Positions 37,964-50,505 of a DNA stretch of 64,000 nt are shown piece after piece. The notes beneath the pieces are model-generated. The model did not search any database and was not told the origin of the DNA. It saw only the letters and a list, made by a program, of their open reading frames with translations. The translations under genes and the position numbers were made by a program. Origin of the DNA: Octopus vulgaris (lineage: Eukaryota); NCBI GenBank assembly GCA_951406725.2, contig OX597827.1, positions 16,120,001 through 16,184,000 of the forward strand, in the 5' to 3' direction. Numbering within the stretch: the first letter of the stretch is position 1; each line of letters starts with the position of its first letter.

Positions 37964-38284
37964 CTTCTTTGTCTCACTCTCTGTATTTTCTTCTCTCTCT
38001 CCTTCCTTCCTTCTTTCTGTCTGTCTCTCTCTGGTTGATTTTCTCTTTGACTCTTTCCTCTCTCTATTTGTAGATGACTCACTCTCTCTGTATGTGACTT
38101 TCTTTCTGTAGTTGCCTAATTTTTTCCAGCCCCTCTCCCATATGTTCCATCTCTCCTCTTCCTACTCCCTCCCCCACCTCTGTTCTATATTTCCTATCTT
38201 TCTCCCACCCTTTTCCCGACCCTCTTCACCCTCTCTCCTGTCTCTACCTATACTTAAAGTCAATAGTCCTTCAATGTGTTTCAG

Positions 38285-38378
38285 GGGTCAATACTTATTT
38301 AGACCAAAATACTGTGAAACACCAAAAGACCACAAATTCTACAGATCATTGTACCCACAGATAATTGAAGATATTGAG
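38285..38378 (+). CDS. BTRC: beta-TrCP exon, F-box to WD40 linker
   Basis: CAG acceptor at 38284; first G completes the TGG codon. GQYLFRPKYCETPKDHKFYRSLYPQIIEDIE. GTGAGG donor at 38379, phase 0. Confidence 0.96.
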
Positions 38379-38686
38379 GTGAGGCACTCACATTTTGTTG
38401 TTTGTCATTTGCTAAACCATGAAGGCCATATCTTATTTATTAAAAAGACCTTGCTCTGACTCTTCTAGAACTTTTTATCTCTAAGTAAAGAAACTCGAAA
38501 CCATTATTAACCATAATTATGAAGGAATTGTACTACAGTACATCAAGTTGTGGCACAAATGGTACACTCTTGTTCAGTGCTGCAGGGTATCTGGGTTCAA
38601 ATTCTTCAGGAATGGCATTGATGTTTCTTTTTCACCTTCTAACCTTTTGTTTGTGGGGTTGTTGGGATAAGTAAAAAAAAAAAGTG

Positions 38687-38717
<31 letters not shown>

Positions 38718-38829
38718 ATATATATATATATATATAATGTGGTAAAACAAAATGAGTACTCAAAACACATAGTAAAGTGAAATATGTGTTATAGCAGTTA
38801 CAAACTTATTTTCATTAAACATTAAATTT

Positions 38830-39070
38830 CATCATCATCATCATCGTTTAACGTCCGTTTTCCGCGCTAGCACGGGTTGGACGGTTTCGACCGGGGTCTG
38901 GGGAGCTAGGGACTGCCCCAGGCTCCAGTCTAGTCTGGCAGAGTTTCTACGGCTGGATGCCCTTCCTAACGCCAACCACTCCGCGAGTGTAGTGGGTGTT
39001 TTTTACGTGCCACCTGCACAGGTGCCAGAGGGGTCTGGCATCGGCCACGTTTGGATGGTGCTTTTTTTTA
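38830..39070 (-). mobile_element. retroposon family 2, CpG-rich variant
   Basis: Reverse copy with compensatory palindrome CCGCGCTAGCACGG in the tail. Confidence 0.85.
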
Positions 39071-40182
39071 TGTGGGGGGGGGGTGCAGAAATATAGGGGA
39101 GCACCAGTGGGGAGGGGTGGTTCAGAGAAATGATGACAGGTTCTAGGCAAGTAGAACGTAGGATATCAAGAGAGGGGTAATGCATGGTGAAATAGCGTAT
39201 TGAAGAGGGGGGTTCGAAGAGTAGACACCTATTATGGTAGTGGGAGAAGCGACATCCGGTATGGATGGAGCAAAAATAGAGATATCCGGTATTGGTGGTG
39301 GGGGTGGGCAGGGCGGGTGCACTGCGAATACACGATGGTTGATGAATACACGAGAGGCGAGATGGGTAATGGATAAATTAGTTAAAATAATTAGATAGAT
39401 ATAGAAATTAGTTAAAAATAGTTAGATAGATAAGAAAGCATGTATGATTGATATTTATTAAAATTTTTTCTGACTAGGAAAACAAAGTTCTGTCACTGGA
39501 AAATGGATAACAATGATAAATGTTATATGTTGCACACTTTAGAAAAGTCTTGCATATCTTTACTATTCCACTTGCAGATTGTATTTGTAAAGTGTATATC
39601 AGATTGCAAATCTTAGTTTCTCTAGATTACTTAAACATTTTCTAGCATAAGCAAGTGCACCAATAATTATTGGTATAAGTGTGGATTTATAATCAGGGGA
39701 GCAGAGCTGAAGGCTGCAAAGCAGTTGTCCATCGATATTTTTTCCCCCCAGTGTATTTGAGATATTCACATCTGCAGAGCAGCTGATCTCTTTGACTATG
39801 CATAATTTTTTTTCTCTTTCTGTCCCAAATAACTTTATCACTAGTAGAAGCTTTGATGGAAATGTTTCACTAATATTCTTTGAGTTGATAGGTATGTATT
39901 CAATAACAGATGTTATTTATATTTATCCCAGATGGCATTGTATATTGTTTCAACATCATGAAGGTAGTATCTTGATGAAACTTTTGGGCAACAGCTGATC
40001 ATATGAATTATGTTCTCCAGAAGAGTGACGTAATTGACATTTGCAGTCGCACCTTTGGATTTTAAGGTTTTCACTCTCATTTGCTCAGATATATTCTAGT
40101 CTTCTCTAGTTCTAGAATTGCAAGAGCATAACTTTCAAGGCTTGATGTCATTTAAGAGTCACAAGTTCAAGTGAGGCTACAC

Positions 40183-40460
40183 CATCATCATCATTTAATG
40201 TCCGCTTTCCATGCTAGCATGGGTTGGACGATTTGACTGAGGTCTGGCGAACCAGACTCCAATCTGATCTGGCAGAGTTTCTACAGCTGGATGCCCTTCC
40301 TAACGCCAACCACTCCGAGAGTGTAGTGGGTACTTTTACGTGCCACCTGCACGAGGGCCAGTTTGGTGGTACTGGCAATGGCCACACCCAAATGGTGCTT
40401 TTTACGTGCCACCAGCACAGGAGCCAGTCCAGTGGCACTGGCTACGACCTCGCTCGAATA
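40183..40460 (-). mobile_element. retroposon family 2
   Basis: Reverse copy. Confidence 0.85.
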
Positions 40461-40513
40461 TTTAAGAATATTTCGAATATTTAACATTTCTTGTTAATAT
40501 TATCATCCTCTTC

Positions 40514-40740
40514 AAGGCAGTAAGCTGGCAGAATCATTAGCACACCAGGCAGATGCTTAGTGGCATTTCATTTGTCTTTATGTTCTGAGTTCAAATATCG
40601 CCCGAGTTCTCACTTTAAATTCTAACTTCGCCTTTCATCCTTTCATAAGTACCAGTCGAGCACTGGGGGGTCGATGTAACCAATTTACCCCACTCCTTTG
40701 AAATTACTGGCCTTTTGCCAAAACGTGAAACCAATATTAT
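40514..40740 (+). mobile_element. SINE family 3-related older variant with a different tail
   Basis: Same head and core, tail GGCCTTTTGCCAAAACGTGAAACC; similar fragments near 54280-54420 and 55090-55200. Confidence 0.7.
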
Positions 40741-40749
40741 CTCTTTCTT

Positions 40750-40944
40750 TTCTCTTTTACTTGTTTCAGTCATTTGACTGTGATCATGCTGGAGCACCAC
40801 CTTTTAGTTGAGCAAGTCGACCCCAGGACTTATTCTTTGTAAGCCTTGTACTTATCCTATCAGTCTCTTTTGCCGAACCGCTAAGTAACGGGGACGTAAA
40901 CACACCAGCATCGGTTGTCAAGCGATGTTGGGGAGACAAACATA

Positions 40945-40982
<38 letters not shown>

Positions 40983-41151
40983 CATATATACGACAGGCTT
41001 CTTTCAGTTTCCGTCTACCAAATCCACTCACAAGGCTTAGGTCGACCTGAGGCTATAGTAGACATTTGCCCAAGATGCCAAGCAGTGGGACTGAACCCGG
41101 AACTGTGTGTTTGGTAAGCAAGCTACTTACCACACAGCCACTCCTGCACCT
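40750..41151 (-). mobile_element. SINE family 1
   Basis: Full-length reverse copy. Confidence 0.9.
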
Positions 41152-42359
41152 AATTTACATGAAACACACTCATGAACAAACTTTTTTGTAGTATGCAGAG
41201 TGTTTCGTTTCTAAGACTTTCCCAAGTCCTACGCTTCTGGGTTCGTATGAGAAGCCAGTAGAAAGTGGTTGCTTCTTGAGGAGTTCACTACTGACCTGCT
41301 GCAGGATGTCATATTACTTTTAAGCACTTGGTTGCTGTTTTTGTTTCTGTCATTCAGCAGATGTTGTCTGAGTGATACCACACAGCACTCAAAGGTTGTA
41401 AGCACTAATCTTAAGCCTCTTCTTTTTCATCCAAGATAAACTGTCAGTATCATTGTTTCTGCGGAAGTTAAGTTTACTATTTGATGTCAAGATCTCGAGA
41501 GGTTTTATGTCCTTGGAACAGACTTCCTCAGTAGACTAGTCAAGTATCCCCCAAATGTTGGTAATGGTGGAATACTGTCTTGTAACAATAAAGCTCTGAT
41601 TGTGATATCTTCAGTCTGGTATGATAATCTATGGTTACTCTTTGTTCATGGCACCTTTGTATGACATATTTTCACCAATAGTTAGGTACTTGTACTATGT
41701 GAAACAAGGAAGATTGAGAGGTTACTGGTGCAAAGCTTTTGGGGTTTGAGTAACAGTTTTACTTCATTCAGTTGTCAAATATGAATGCTTCTTTCAGCCA
41801 AATTCTATTGCATCAGAAAATGTTGTGACTAAATCCAGCTGTTTCTCAGTATTGTAAATATTTTTTAGTATGGATCTTTAGATTGTCAAAAGAAATTATC
41901 GGTTACGTTAGTGCTTGCTGTTGTAAATCCTAGAACATTTACCAATGACTTTTTATGCAAGATATAACTGGATTTAAGGTCGAAATAAACTGAAGTGCTG
42001 GCAGACTGTCGCCTTGGAACACTCCCTTTGTGTGTGAAGGCTCTGTTTCATGGGACCCACTGTGCATGCACACATGCACACACACCTACACACAAAGGCT
42101 GTGTGTATTATAAAATGTCAATGATCATCCCTTGTATTTTGTTTTATTTTTATTGTATTTGTGTTAAATTCAAAGTTTTGTTTCCAGGTTGACTTCCAGA
42201 ATGGTTCCAGGAAGATTTGAACCCTGTTTTGTGGTCAGAATGTTGTCTGTACTTGAAATAAAGTGGGGACACATTTTTGATATCCTCTCTTGAGATATCC
42301 CTTTTGTAAGATGTGTGTATTGTTTTGCTTGTCTGTTTGGAGATCAGTATGTGTGTGCA

Positions 42360-42409
<50 letters not shown>

Positions 42410-43381
42410 CGCACACACATGCACACATTTCTACTTCTCTAGTCAGCTGTCAGTGCATGTGTTTGTGTTTCTATTGATGTCTGAGTGAAATATATCTTCT
42501 CTCTGCCTCACACTCTGACTTTCCCTGTCCCTCTCAAAATACCACCAATACTGCAAAATCACAAATGTTAATTCTGCTGTGACCTTTCACAAGCCTCTTG
42601 CTTGAAGCTGTATGTCCCTGTGCATCTCTGTGTGTGTGTGTGTGTGTGTGTGTGTTCATGTTCCCTGTGTATGTCCGTGTCTCTATCCCTGTGTGTTTGT
42701 GTGTGGCTATATTTGTTCATGTTTGTCTGCGTTTCTATTCCAGTGTCTACCTGTTTGTGTCTGCCTGTGTGAGTGTATGTCCATGTCCATCTAGGTGTGT
42801 GTGTGTGTGTCTGTCTGTTTGTCTATATCTGGTCATATTTCTCCTCTGTGTGTATGTGTAATATATATATAGGAGTGTGCTTGCATACGTACAAGTGTGT
42901 GTCCTTTTACGTGTCTGTTACGTAAATATAATTCCATCCCACTTCCTGCTCGAGGAGTTTCCTCTGGTGTTTGGGCTTTCTGACAACATACATTTATTTT
43001 TCACATCAGTTTCTTTGTGTGTGTGTGTGTGTGTGTGTGTGCCTAGTTGTATATGTACTTTTTTACTTTGTGTTGTATGTATTGGAAAATGGGGGGAAAA
43101 AAAAAATGCATTCCTAAAGGTGACATTTCAAATATGCTGTTGTCTTTGTAGTGGTAAATAACATTAATGCAACACACAGCTGCTGCTGCTTGGTCATTCA
43201 ACCTGTTAGAAATGGCAGCCAGTTGTCCCTCAAATCACACTTCACTGTCATAGGAAAGAGTACATTGGTTCATGTAGTCCTGGGCTCCCTATACATTGGG
43301 GGGTAAAAAAAACAATATGATTACACTTGTAGGGTCTTTGATCATAAGTGTGCTCTTTTTTTTTTTTATTACTTTCAATAT

Positions 43382-43783
43382 AGGCGCAGGAGTGGCTGTG
43401 TGGTAAGTAGCTTGCTAAACAACCACATGGTTCCGGGTTCAGTCCCACTGCGTGGCATCTTGGGCAAGTGTCTTCTGCTATAGCCCCGGGCCGACCAATG
43501 CCTTGTGAGTGGATTTGGTAGACGGAAACTGAAAGAAGCCCGTCGTATATATGTATATATATGTATGTATGTGTGTGTTTGTGTGTCTGTGTTTGTCCCC
43601 CTGGCATTGCTTGACAACCGATGCTGGTGTGTTTACGTCCCTGTCACTTAGCGGTTCGGCAAAAGAGACCGATAGAATAAGTACTGGGCTTACAAAGAAT
43701 AAGTCCCGGGGTCGATTTTCTCGACTAAAGGCGGTGCTCCAGCATGGCCGCAGTCAAAATGACTGAAACAAGTAAAAGAGTAA
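43382..43783 (+). mobile_element. SINE family 1
   Basis: Full-length copy. Confidence 0.92.
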
Positions 43784-44183
43784 GCAGTTTTATTTGGTTG
43801 ATATATTTTGTAGCGTTGTCCCTTTTCCTTGTACACATAATTTGAGAATATTGTTTGTGAGATGTACTGTTCCACTAATTGTTATTAGGCTTGTTTTGGG
43901 TGTGATATCCTGTTTGTGACGTGATGTTGATAGGGGAAACAAAGTATCCAGTTATCTATGCTTGTTATATTGTCTGAATGAATGTTGTTTTGGAATAAGT
44001 GGTTTGTTATAAGTACTATTTCATAGTTATAAGTTATCACTATTTGTGTACTCTTATGTTGTTACTTGTGGTATTAAGTTGTTAGATCTGGTATTCTTTG
44101 GTTTTCTTTATGGGTAACCCAATTAAGCTTGGATAATGCTTAGATATTGGTGTGTAGTTTTCGGAGGTTCTGTGGTGTATATA

Positions 44184-45067
44184 TTGGGTCATCCCATAAA
44201 ATAATGCTTTTTTTATACTTTTAATTTTTCAAAATTAAGATAGACGAAATTCTTTTTTAATCTAAAATGTACTCTCCTTCATTTTCTATAATGCTCCCTC
44301 ATCTTTCTGGTAGACTTGCAAGGCCCCTCTTAAAATTCACTTGTCCATGATGAAAAATACTTCTCCAGTACTGTTCTGACCTCGTCTACAGAATTCATAT
44401 TTTTTCTGCCCAAATGATTTTGAAGACTATGGAATAAATGATAATCAGATGGGGCAATGTCCGAATACGGTGGGTGGGGTTCGTTACCCATTCAAACTGC
44501 TCCAGCCTTTGGAATGTCATCCTTGCTGTATGTGGCCGAGCATTATCCTGAATGAAGAACACCTTTCATCTTGAAACCAAAGATGGTTGTTTTTCTTCTA
44601 GTGCTGGTGTCGCTGAATGGTTGACTGACCAAATCCAAGCTTCTCTGTTACGATGAGATTTTATTCCACCAGGGTTTGCAGGACATCATCGTCAAGCTCT
44701 ACGAGTCCTCCAGGACGAGGTCCATCTTCTAGGGTGTAGTTTCCAACTTGGAATTTGTGGAACCACCACCACTGACACTGGCTTATGCTTATTGTCCAAT
44801 CCCCATATACTGCATTAATATTCCTCACACTTTCCATTGAATTGTTGCCTTTATTGAACTCATAAAGCAAAATATGCTGAATATGCTCCTTAGCTTTGAA
44901 AAAATAACTGTCAAAATTGAACTGCACTCTTCAAAACTTGCACTAAGAATAAGGACAAGGTAGAATTACCACCCGCTTTTATAGCAAGTTGATGTAGATA
45001 GTTTATCCCATCCCCTCCGACTTTTAGTTCATGCAATTGAAGAAACCGCATTTATTGGATGACCCTA
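44184..45067 (-). mobile_element. internally deleted, decayed mariner transposon
   Basis: TIRs TTGGGTCATCCCATAAA / TTTATTGGATGACCCTA with TA at the left flank. Minus strand has the N-terminal HTH (HILLYEFNKG..WFHKFQVGNYTLEDGPRPG) and the C-terminal QDNARPH..PPYS.DIAPSDYHLF..GEYILD*, with stops and frameshifts. Confidence 0.92.
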
Positions 45068-45070
45068 TGT

Positions 45071-45099
<29 letters not shown>

Positions 45100-45101
<2 letters not shown>

Positions 45102-45329
45102 CTTTATTTAAAAGCAGCAGAAATTCAACAAAAGCTGTTACTCAGAGTTTCCCCATTCGTTGGACAGTTTTTTTGTTTTTTTTAACAAAACTGTCCAACG
45201 AACGGGAACGTGAAACTCCGAGCAACAGCTTTTGTTGAATTTCTGCTGCTTTTAAATAAAGCATATTACTCTACCTCTGGTATTTGAGTACTCTTTTTTC
45301 CACCTTATTTCACATTTGTGTTTACTCTG
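45100..45329. mobile_element. fold-back Penelope-like fragment with mirrored degenerate hammerheads
   Basis: 45100-45170 is an inverted copy of 45187-45263. Right arm reads CUGU-CCAACGA-ACG(GGAA)CGU-GAAA-CUC(C)GAG-CA-ACAG, a minimal type I hammerhead topology with a mutated core. Confidence 0.65.
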
Positions 45330-45517
45330 ATATATATATATATGTGTGTGTATATATATATATATATATGTGTGTGTGTATATATGTGTGTGTGTGTATA
45401 TATATATATGTATGTGTATATATATATATGTGTGTGTGTATATATATATGTATGTGTGTATATATATATATGTGTGTATATATGTATATATATATGTGTA
45501 TTTATATGTGTGTGTGT

Positions 45518-45550
<33 letters not shown>
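45330..45550. repeat. compound (TA)n/(TG)n microsatellite
   Basis: Direct inspection. Confidence 0.95.
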
Positions 45551-45555
<5 letters not shown>

Positions 45556-45819
45556 TGTAAATAATGGTCATTACATATTTTCCTTTGCTGGAGAAAATTT
45601 GGCTTACAGCTGTTTCCAGTAGTCATTATAGGTACATTACTGATAGGTTTACTTAATTGGTCTATTGAACAATTGAGAAAAATTGAACGACCTAAAAAAA
45701 AATTGATGCTACTTTCAGGATGGTGACAAGAAAAGCAGAAAAATTTGTGAAATGTTGATTTATATTTTCACAAGTTCTATTTGAGGTAAACAATAAGTGT
45801 CACAAAGTGCGGTATATTA

Positions 45820-46113
45820 ACAATCACAAATGTTCAAAATGTCTTCCGTGCACTTTGTGACAGCATTTAATTGAGAAATCCAAGCTCATGTGGCATTAAG
45901 AAGTGTAACTTGAGGGATGTCATTCCAAGATTTTATCAAACACACTTTCAATTTATCAGTGATGGTCGAATGGCATTGATATTTCTGTATCTCTGCTAAT
46001 AACAAGCTCCAGACACAGTAATTCATCACATTTAAAGGCCAATCTTTGGGTGTAAAAAAAAGTCAGTCAGTTTTGCCTTCAAATTTTCTGCTTTTCTAGT
46101 GATCACCCTGTAT
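45820..46113 (-). mobile_element. Tc1/mariner-superfamily transposase C-terminal relic
   Basis: Minus strand reads DWP-LNVMNYCVWSLL..KLKVCLIKSWNDIPQ..HFEHL*; ends in TCACCCTGTATA (TACAGGGTGA-type TIR). Confidence 0.6.
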
Positions 46114-46399
46114 AAACTGGTTGGCATTTTGAAGGGCATCCAACTGTAGAAACCATGCCAAAACTAGCACTGGAGCTCAACACGGCCCTACAGCATGCAA
46201 TTCCTCTCAAACTGTCCAACCCATGCCAGCATGGAAAAACATGTTAAATGATAATGATTATGATGTATCTATTATTCTTTTGTTGAATATTTGTGCTGCT
46301 GTGTTTGTTTTGGTGATTGTTGAATTTTGTTCATCTTAGTTTTAATCAAAATCAAAAATCGAAATCAATCAACATCAATGGAATTTGTAGCTGCGATGC

Positions 46400-46839
46400 C
46401 AGTGCCGGTGGCACGTAAGAGAACCATCCGAATGTGGCCGTAGCTAGCACCGCCCTGACTGGCCTCCGTGCCGGTGGCACGTAAAAAGCACCATCCAATC
46501 GTGGCCGTTGCCAGCCTCGTCTGGCCTCCGTGCCTGTGGTGCGTAAAAAGCACCATCCAATCGTTGCCTTTGCCAGCCTTGTCTGGCCGCCGTGCCGGTG
46601 GCACATAAAAAGCACCATCTGATCGTGGCCGTTTGCCAGCCTCGTCTGGCACATAAAAACCACCTACTACACTCACGGAGTGGTTGGCGTTAGGAAGGGC
46701 ATCCAGCTGTAGAAACACTGCCAGATCAGACTGGGCCTGGTGCAGCCTCCTGGCTTCCCAGACCCCAGTTGAACCGTCCAACCCATGCCAGCATGGAAAG
46801 CGGACATTAAACGATTATGATGATGATGATGATGATGAT
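46400..46839 (+). mobile_element. retroposon family 2 (5 modules)
   Basis: Longest copy; tandem ~60-nt modules. Confidence 0.9.
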
Positions 46840-46943
46840 CAGTTTTGTTTCCTGGAGGAACTCTTTCATTATTGAAAAAAAATTTTTTTTTCAGTTTTGA
46901 AAAGTGTTTTTGCTTTCTTTGTGTGTGTGTGTGTGTGTGTGTG

Positions 46944-47450
46944 ATGATAATTGGTAGGTGACCTGAGGAGTGAGTTGGGGGAATTGTTTGCCAAGTGGTT
47001 GGTACTTATATGTGAAAAGGAGGAAGAGGTGGTGATGTCTGGGAAAGAGTTGTTGTTGTAGTTGGTTTGGTGAGAAGTGTGTCTCTTGATGTGGATTAAG
47101 ATGTAAAAAGAGTTCAGTAGCTCTTATGCTATGTCAACTCTATTGTTGACTATTATTTGAAAGTCTAGTGGTGTTGGGTGCATTGAAATCTTCCCTGACA
47201 ACAGTGTTTGGGAGGGTGCTGTAAGTGCATTACCTGGGGGTATATAATCCAGGTGGATGGTTGCTAAAAATAGCGGAGGTATACATTGTATTTATGATAT
47301 TAATATACTTTGTGTTATTTCGTAAATCTGTGTTTCTATTGGCGATAATGGTGGTGAATACACTTTTTGCCTGTGATAATACTGTACCTGTTGTAAAAGA
47401 GTCTGTCTAGCCTGGTTTCAATATAATTTAACTCAACTCATGTGTGATGG
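46944..47450 (-). mobile_element. degraded LINE apurinic-endonuclease domain fragment
   Basis: Minus-strand motifs in order: NVYL, EDFNAP (GDFNAH), SFPDITT, WQTI, SGHLPII (SDHLPI). Confidence 0.55.
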
Positions 47451-47789
47451 ATGTTCATTTTTTTTTTTTCTTTTTACCTGTAAGAATGTATCTTGAATTA
47501 TTGCTATATGGATGTTGTCCGGTTTACAAAGTTTGAGTGCAACATGTTTATTTTTTAAGTGGAATCTGTACAGAGTTTAGGTCAGCCATGGACAAATTGT
47601 GACCTACGGGATTTTCTGAATGGCATGCCTAATGGAAAATTGCCCTTTTTTAAAATTTATTCAGTTTTTTTTTTTTTTGTTGTTGTTGTGTGGTCTGCCA
47701 GATGGCATGCAGTCTACTTCTTGAAAAATCAGTTGCTCATACCTGGTTCAGGTGTTTTTGTAAAGGGAGATGGTACTTTTGGTTTTTAT

Positions 47790-48405
47790 CCCTTTAGTAT
47801 ACTCTTTACTCTTTTACTTGTTTCAGTCATTTGACTGCGGCCATGCTGGAGCACCGCCTTTAGTCGAGCAACTCGACCCCGGGACTTATTCTTTGTAAGC
47901 CCAGTACTTATTCTATCGGTCTCTTTTTTGCCGAACCGCTAAGTAACGGGGACGTAAACACACCAGCATCAGTTGTCAAGCAATGCTAGGGGGACAAACA
48001 CAGACACACACACAAACACACATATATATATATACATATATACGACAGGCTTCTTTCAGTTTCCGTCTACCAAATCCACTCACAAGGCATTGGTCGGCCC
48101 GGGGCTATAGCAGAAGACACTTGCCCAAGATGCCACACAGTGGGACTGAACCCGGAACCATGTGGTTGGTTAGCAAGCTACTTACCACACAGCCACTCCT
48201 GCGCCTATTCAGATTATTTTGCCAAGTGTCATGCTTATTTATTGACGTTGATTTAAATAACTCCTGCATTATCTTGTGGCTTTGAGATTTTGATGATGTT
48301 ATTGTTTATTTTTAGAATGGCATTGTAGGATTAATGTAAGAGGCTGGATCCAGTCAGTTTGACTGAAAAACAGGTAGAATATTTTGGGCCAGATATGCCA
48401 AAGGG
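47790..48405. mobile_element. MITE family C interrupted by a SINE1 insertion (47801-48205)
   Basis: CCCTTTAGTAT | SINE | TATTCAGATT...AAAGGG|TTAA. Confidence 0.75.
47801..48205 (-). mobile_element. SINE family 1
   Basis: Full-length reverse copy. Confidence 0.92.
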
Positions 48406-49084
48406 TTAATGTTGTCGGTATTATTTTTGTAAAGTCTATTTCCCTATGTTACTTGGAAATGATGTTTGCATATTTTTCCCCTTGTTTTTTGGTTTTTGAA
48501 GATTTTATAAGAGGTTTCTAAGGGGTTTATAGCTTGCTTCTTCATGCAGCCTTTGTTGTTCTTGGATGGTGCACATATGTGCCGAGAGAAATATTTCTGT
48601 GTTGATCAGTTGATTGGCATTCTAGCTATGGCCATTCTGTCTTATGGCACGTTATAATCAGGAACAATTTATTCTGCATATTTAACCATTCTAAAAATAG
48701 TGTGCTCATATTTGTGGAAGATTTAGGTGCAATTTCTTGCATATTAAGCAAAGCTCATTGGAAACGTTCTCACTTACTTCCTTGATTAGTGTAAAGACTT
48801 CCTCCCTACCTTCTTCGTTAGTGTAGAGGTTTCATCACTACTTCCTTGATTGGTAGTTTGTAAATAAAGTATCAGATTTCTGTTGTAGTTGATGTGGTTG
48901 TGATAATTCACACTTCTCTCTTTTGCAATATATTCTACGTCTTTACTGGTTAGTCATTGGATTGCAGCCATGCTGGGGTGCCACTGCTCAGTTTGGTCAT
49001 ACATTTTATAGATTTCCATTTATCAAATGTCTAAGATCATCTTTATTGTAAAGCAATATAACTTGACAAGGTACTTTTAATTTA

Positions 49085-49268
49085 ATTTAATTTTTTTTTT
49101 GGCTCAAAAAGCAAAAGCAAGGCCATGTAGGGGGACATGGAATTATGTACAGGGAGGGTGTTAATACAAAGAGTTCAGGCCATTTCTGGTCAAGAGAGAC
49201 TTTGAACCGAGTGGTTGTCGGCATCTCCACTATCTCGTCCGGCAGCTTATTCCACGGATCCGCAACCT
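49085..49268 (-). mobile_element. CR1-clade LINE 3' fragment
   Basis: VADPWNKLPDEIVEMPTTTRFKVSLDQKWPELF plus a 3' UTR homologous to 2750-2920. Confidence 0.85.
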
Positions 49269-49731
49269 GGACGGGGTTCAACATGTAGTGAAGGAATGCA
49301 ATTCAACAAATCTTTTGTTTGATACAAATACACACAAATAGACAACGTCCCTTCTGAAGCGATTAAAAAATGTTTGCAGATGTATGTCAAAGGTCATTTG
49401 AAAAACCAAGTGTTTGTTATTGCATCATGCAATTTCTTCTGAATGTATGCAAAAATGGATGCAAACATTGTCAAGCTAGTAAGAAGTTGGTTTCACAACC
49501 ACAATATCTCGAGTTTGTTTCCATTGCAGGGAACTTTGGGCATGCATCTTTTATAGTCTCAAGTCAACCGAAGCCTTGTGAGCGAAATTGGTTACACAGA
49601 AACTGTATGGAATCTCATCAGATGGACTGTATATGTGATTCAAATTGTCCAGCCTTATCACATACTGTATCACATTGATTCAGCCTAAAAGTTGCATTTA
49701 AGGCACAAGTGTCTGTGGAATCCTCAGCTTT

Positions 49732-50012
49732 CATCATCATCATCATCATCGTTTAACTTCTGCTTTCCATGCTAGCATGGGTTGGACGATTTTGACCGAG
49801 GGCTGGCAAACCAGATGGCTGCACCAGGCTCCAATCTTGATCTGGCAGAGTTTCTACAGCTGGATGCCCTTCCTAATGCCAACCACTCCGAGAGTGTAGT
49901 GGGTGCCTTTTATGTGCCACCGGCACGGGGCCCAGTCAGGTGGTACTGGCAATGACTTCGCTCGAATCTTTTTACACGTGCCACTGGCACAGGTGCCAGT
50001 AAAGCGACGTTA
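49732..50012 (-). mobile_element. retroposon family 2
   Basis: Reverse copy. Confidence 0.85.
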
Positions 50013-50305
50013 ACAGCTAGGTATTTCAGTTGATCAAACAATTGAATGCTTTTTGTTGAAACTGATGGAAGATACATTGTCAAGCTCTTCCCAAATTGCA
50101 GCTATGCTGTTCAGTTTTCTTGTAAATTGTATTGTTAAATTACATTGATAATTTCTACGATGATGCAGTCACACCAGAGTAATGATGATGCAAATTTCTA
50201 TGATGATGCAGTCACAAATTTGTTGGTCGAAACAATGTTCAGAAAGTTTGCAAATTTATGCACTGAAATAGTGTTAGGTTTTAAACCACCTCCTTTATTG
50301 TGGGA

Positions 50306-50505
50306 TCATCATCATCATCGTTTAACGTCCGCTTTCCATGCTAGCATGGGTTGGACGGTTCAACTGGGATCTGGCAAGCCCGAAGGCTGCACCAGGCCAG
50401 TCAGATCTGGCAGTGTTTCTACAGTTGGATGCCCTTCCTAATGCCAACCACTCCGAAAGTGTAGTGGGTGATTTTATGTGCCACCGACACAGGTGCCAGA
50501 CGAGG
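50306..50505 (-). mobile_element. retroposon family 2
   Basis: Reverse copy. Confidence 0.85.

Larger units (their letters stand above)
39540..41960 (-). mobile_element. old RLE-type non-LTR retrotransposon relic (R4/Dong-like), split by younger SINEs
   Basis: Minus-strand fragments: YKYL..ENMSYKGAMNKE (RT end), C..C....ENIIHMISCCPK..SRYYL (zinc knuckle), IWD..KLCIVKEISCSADVNI..PDYK..IPIIIGAL (restriction-like endonuclease). Boundaries approximate. Confidence 0.65.

Noticed and set aside
45252-45626. Overlapping Y/I/H/T- and C/V-rich ORFs (also near 25700, 37770, 42600, 54700, 56320)
   Set aside because: Dinucleotide microsatellite translations.
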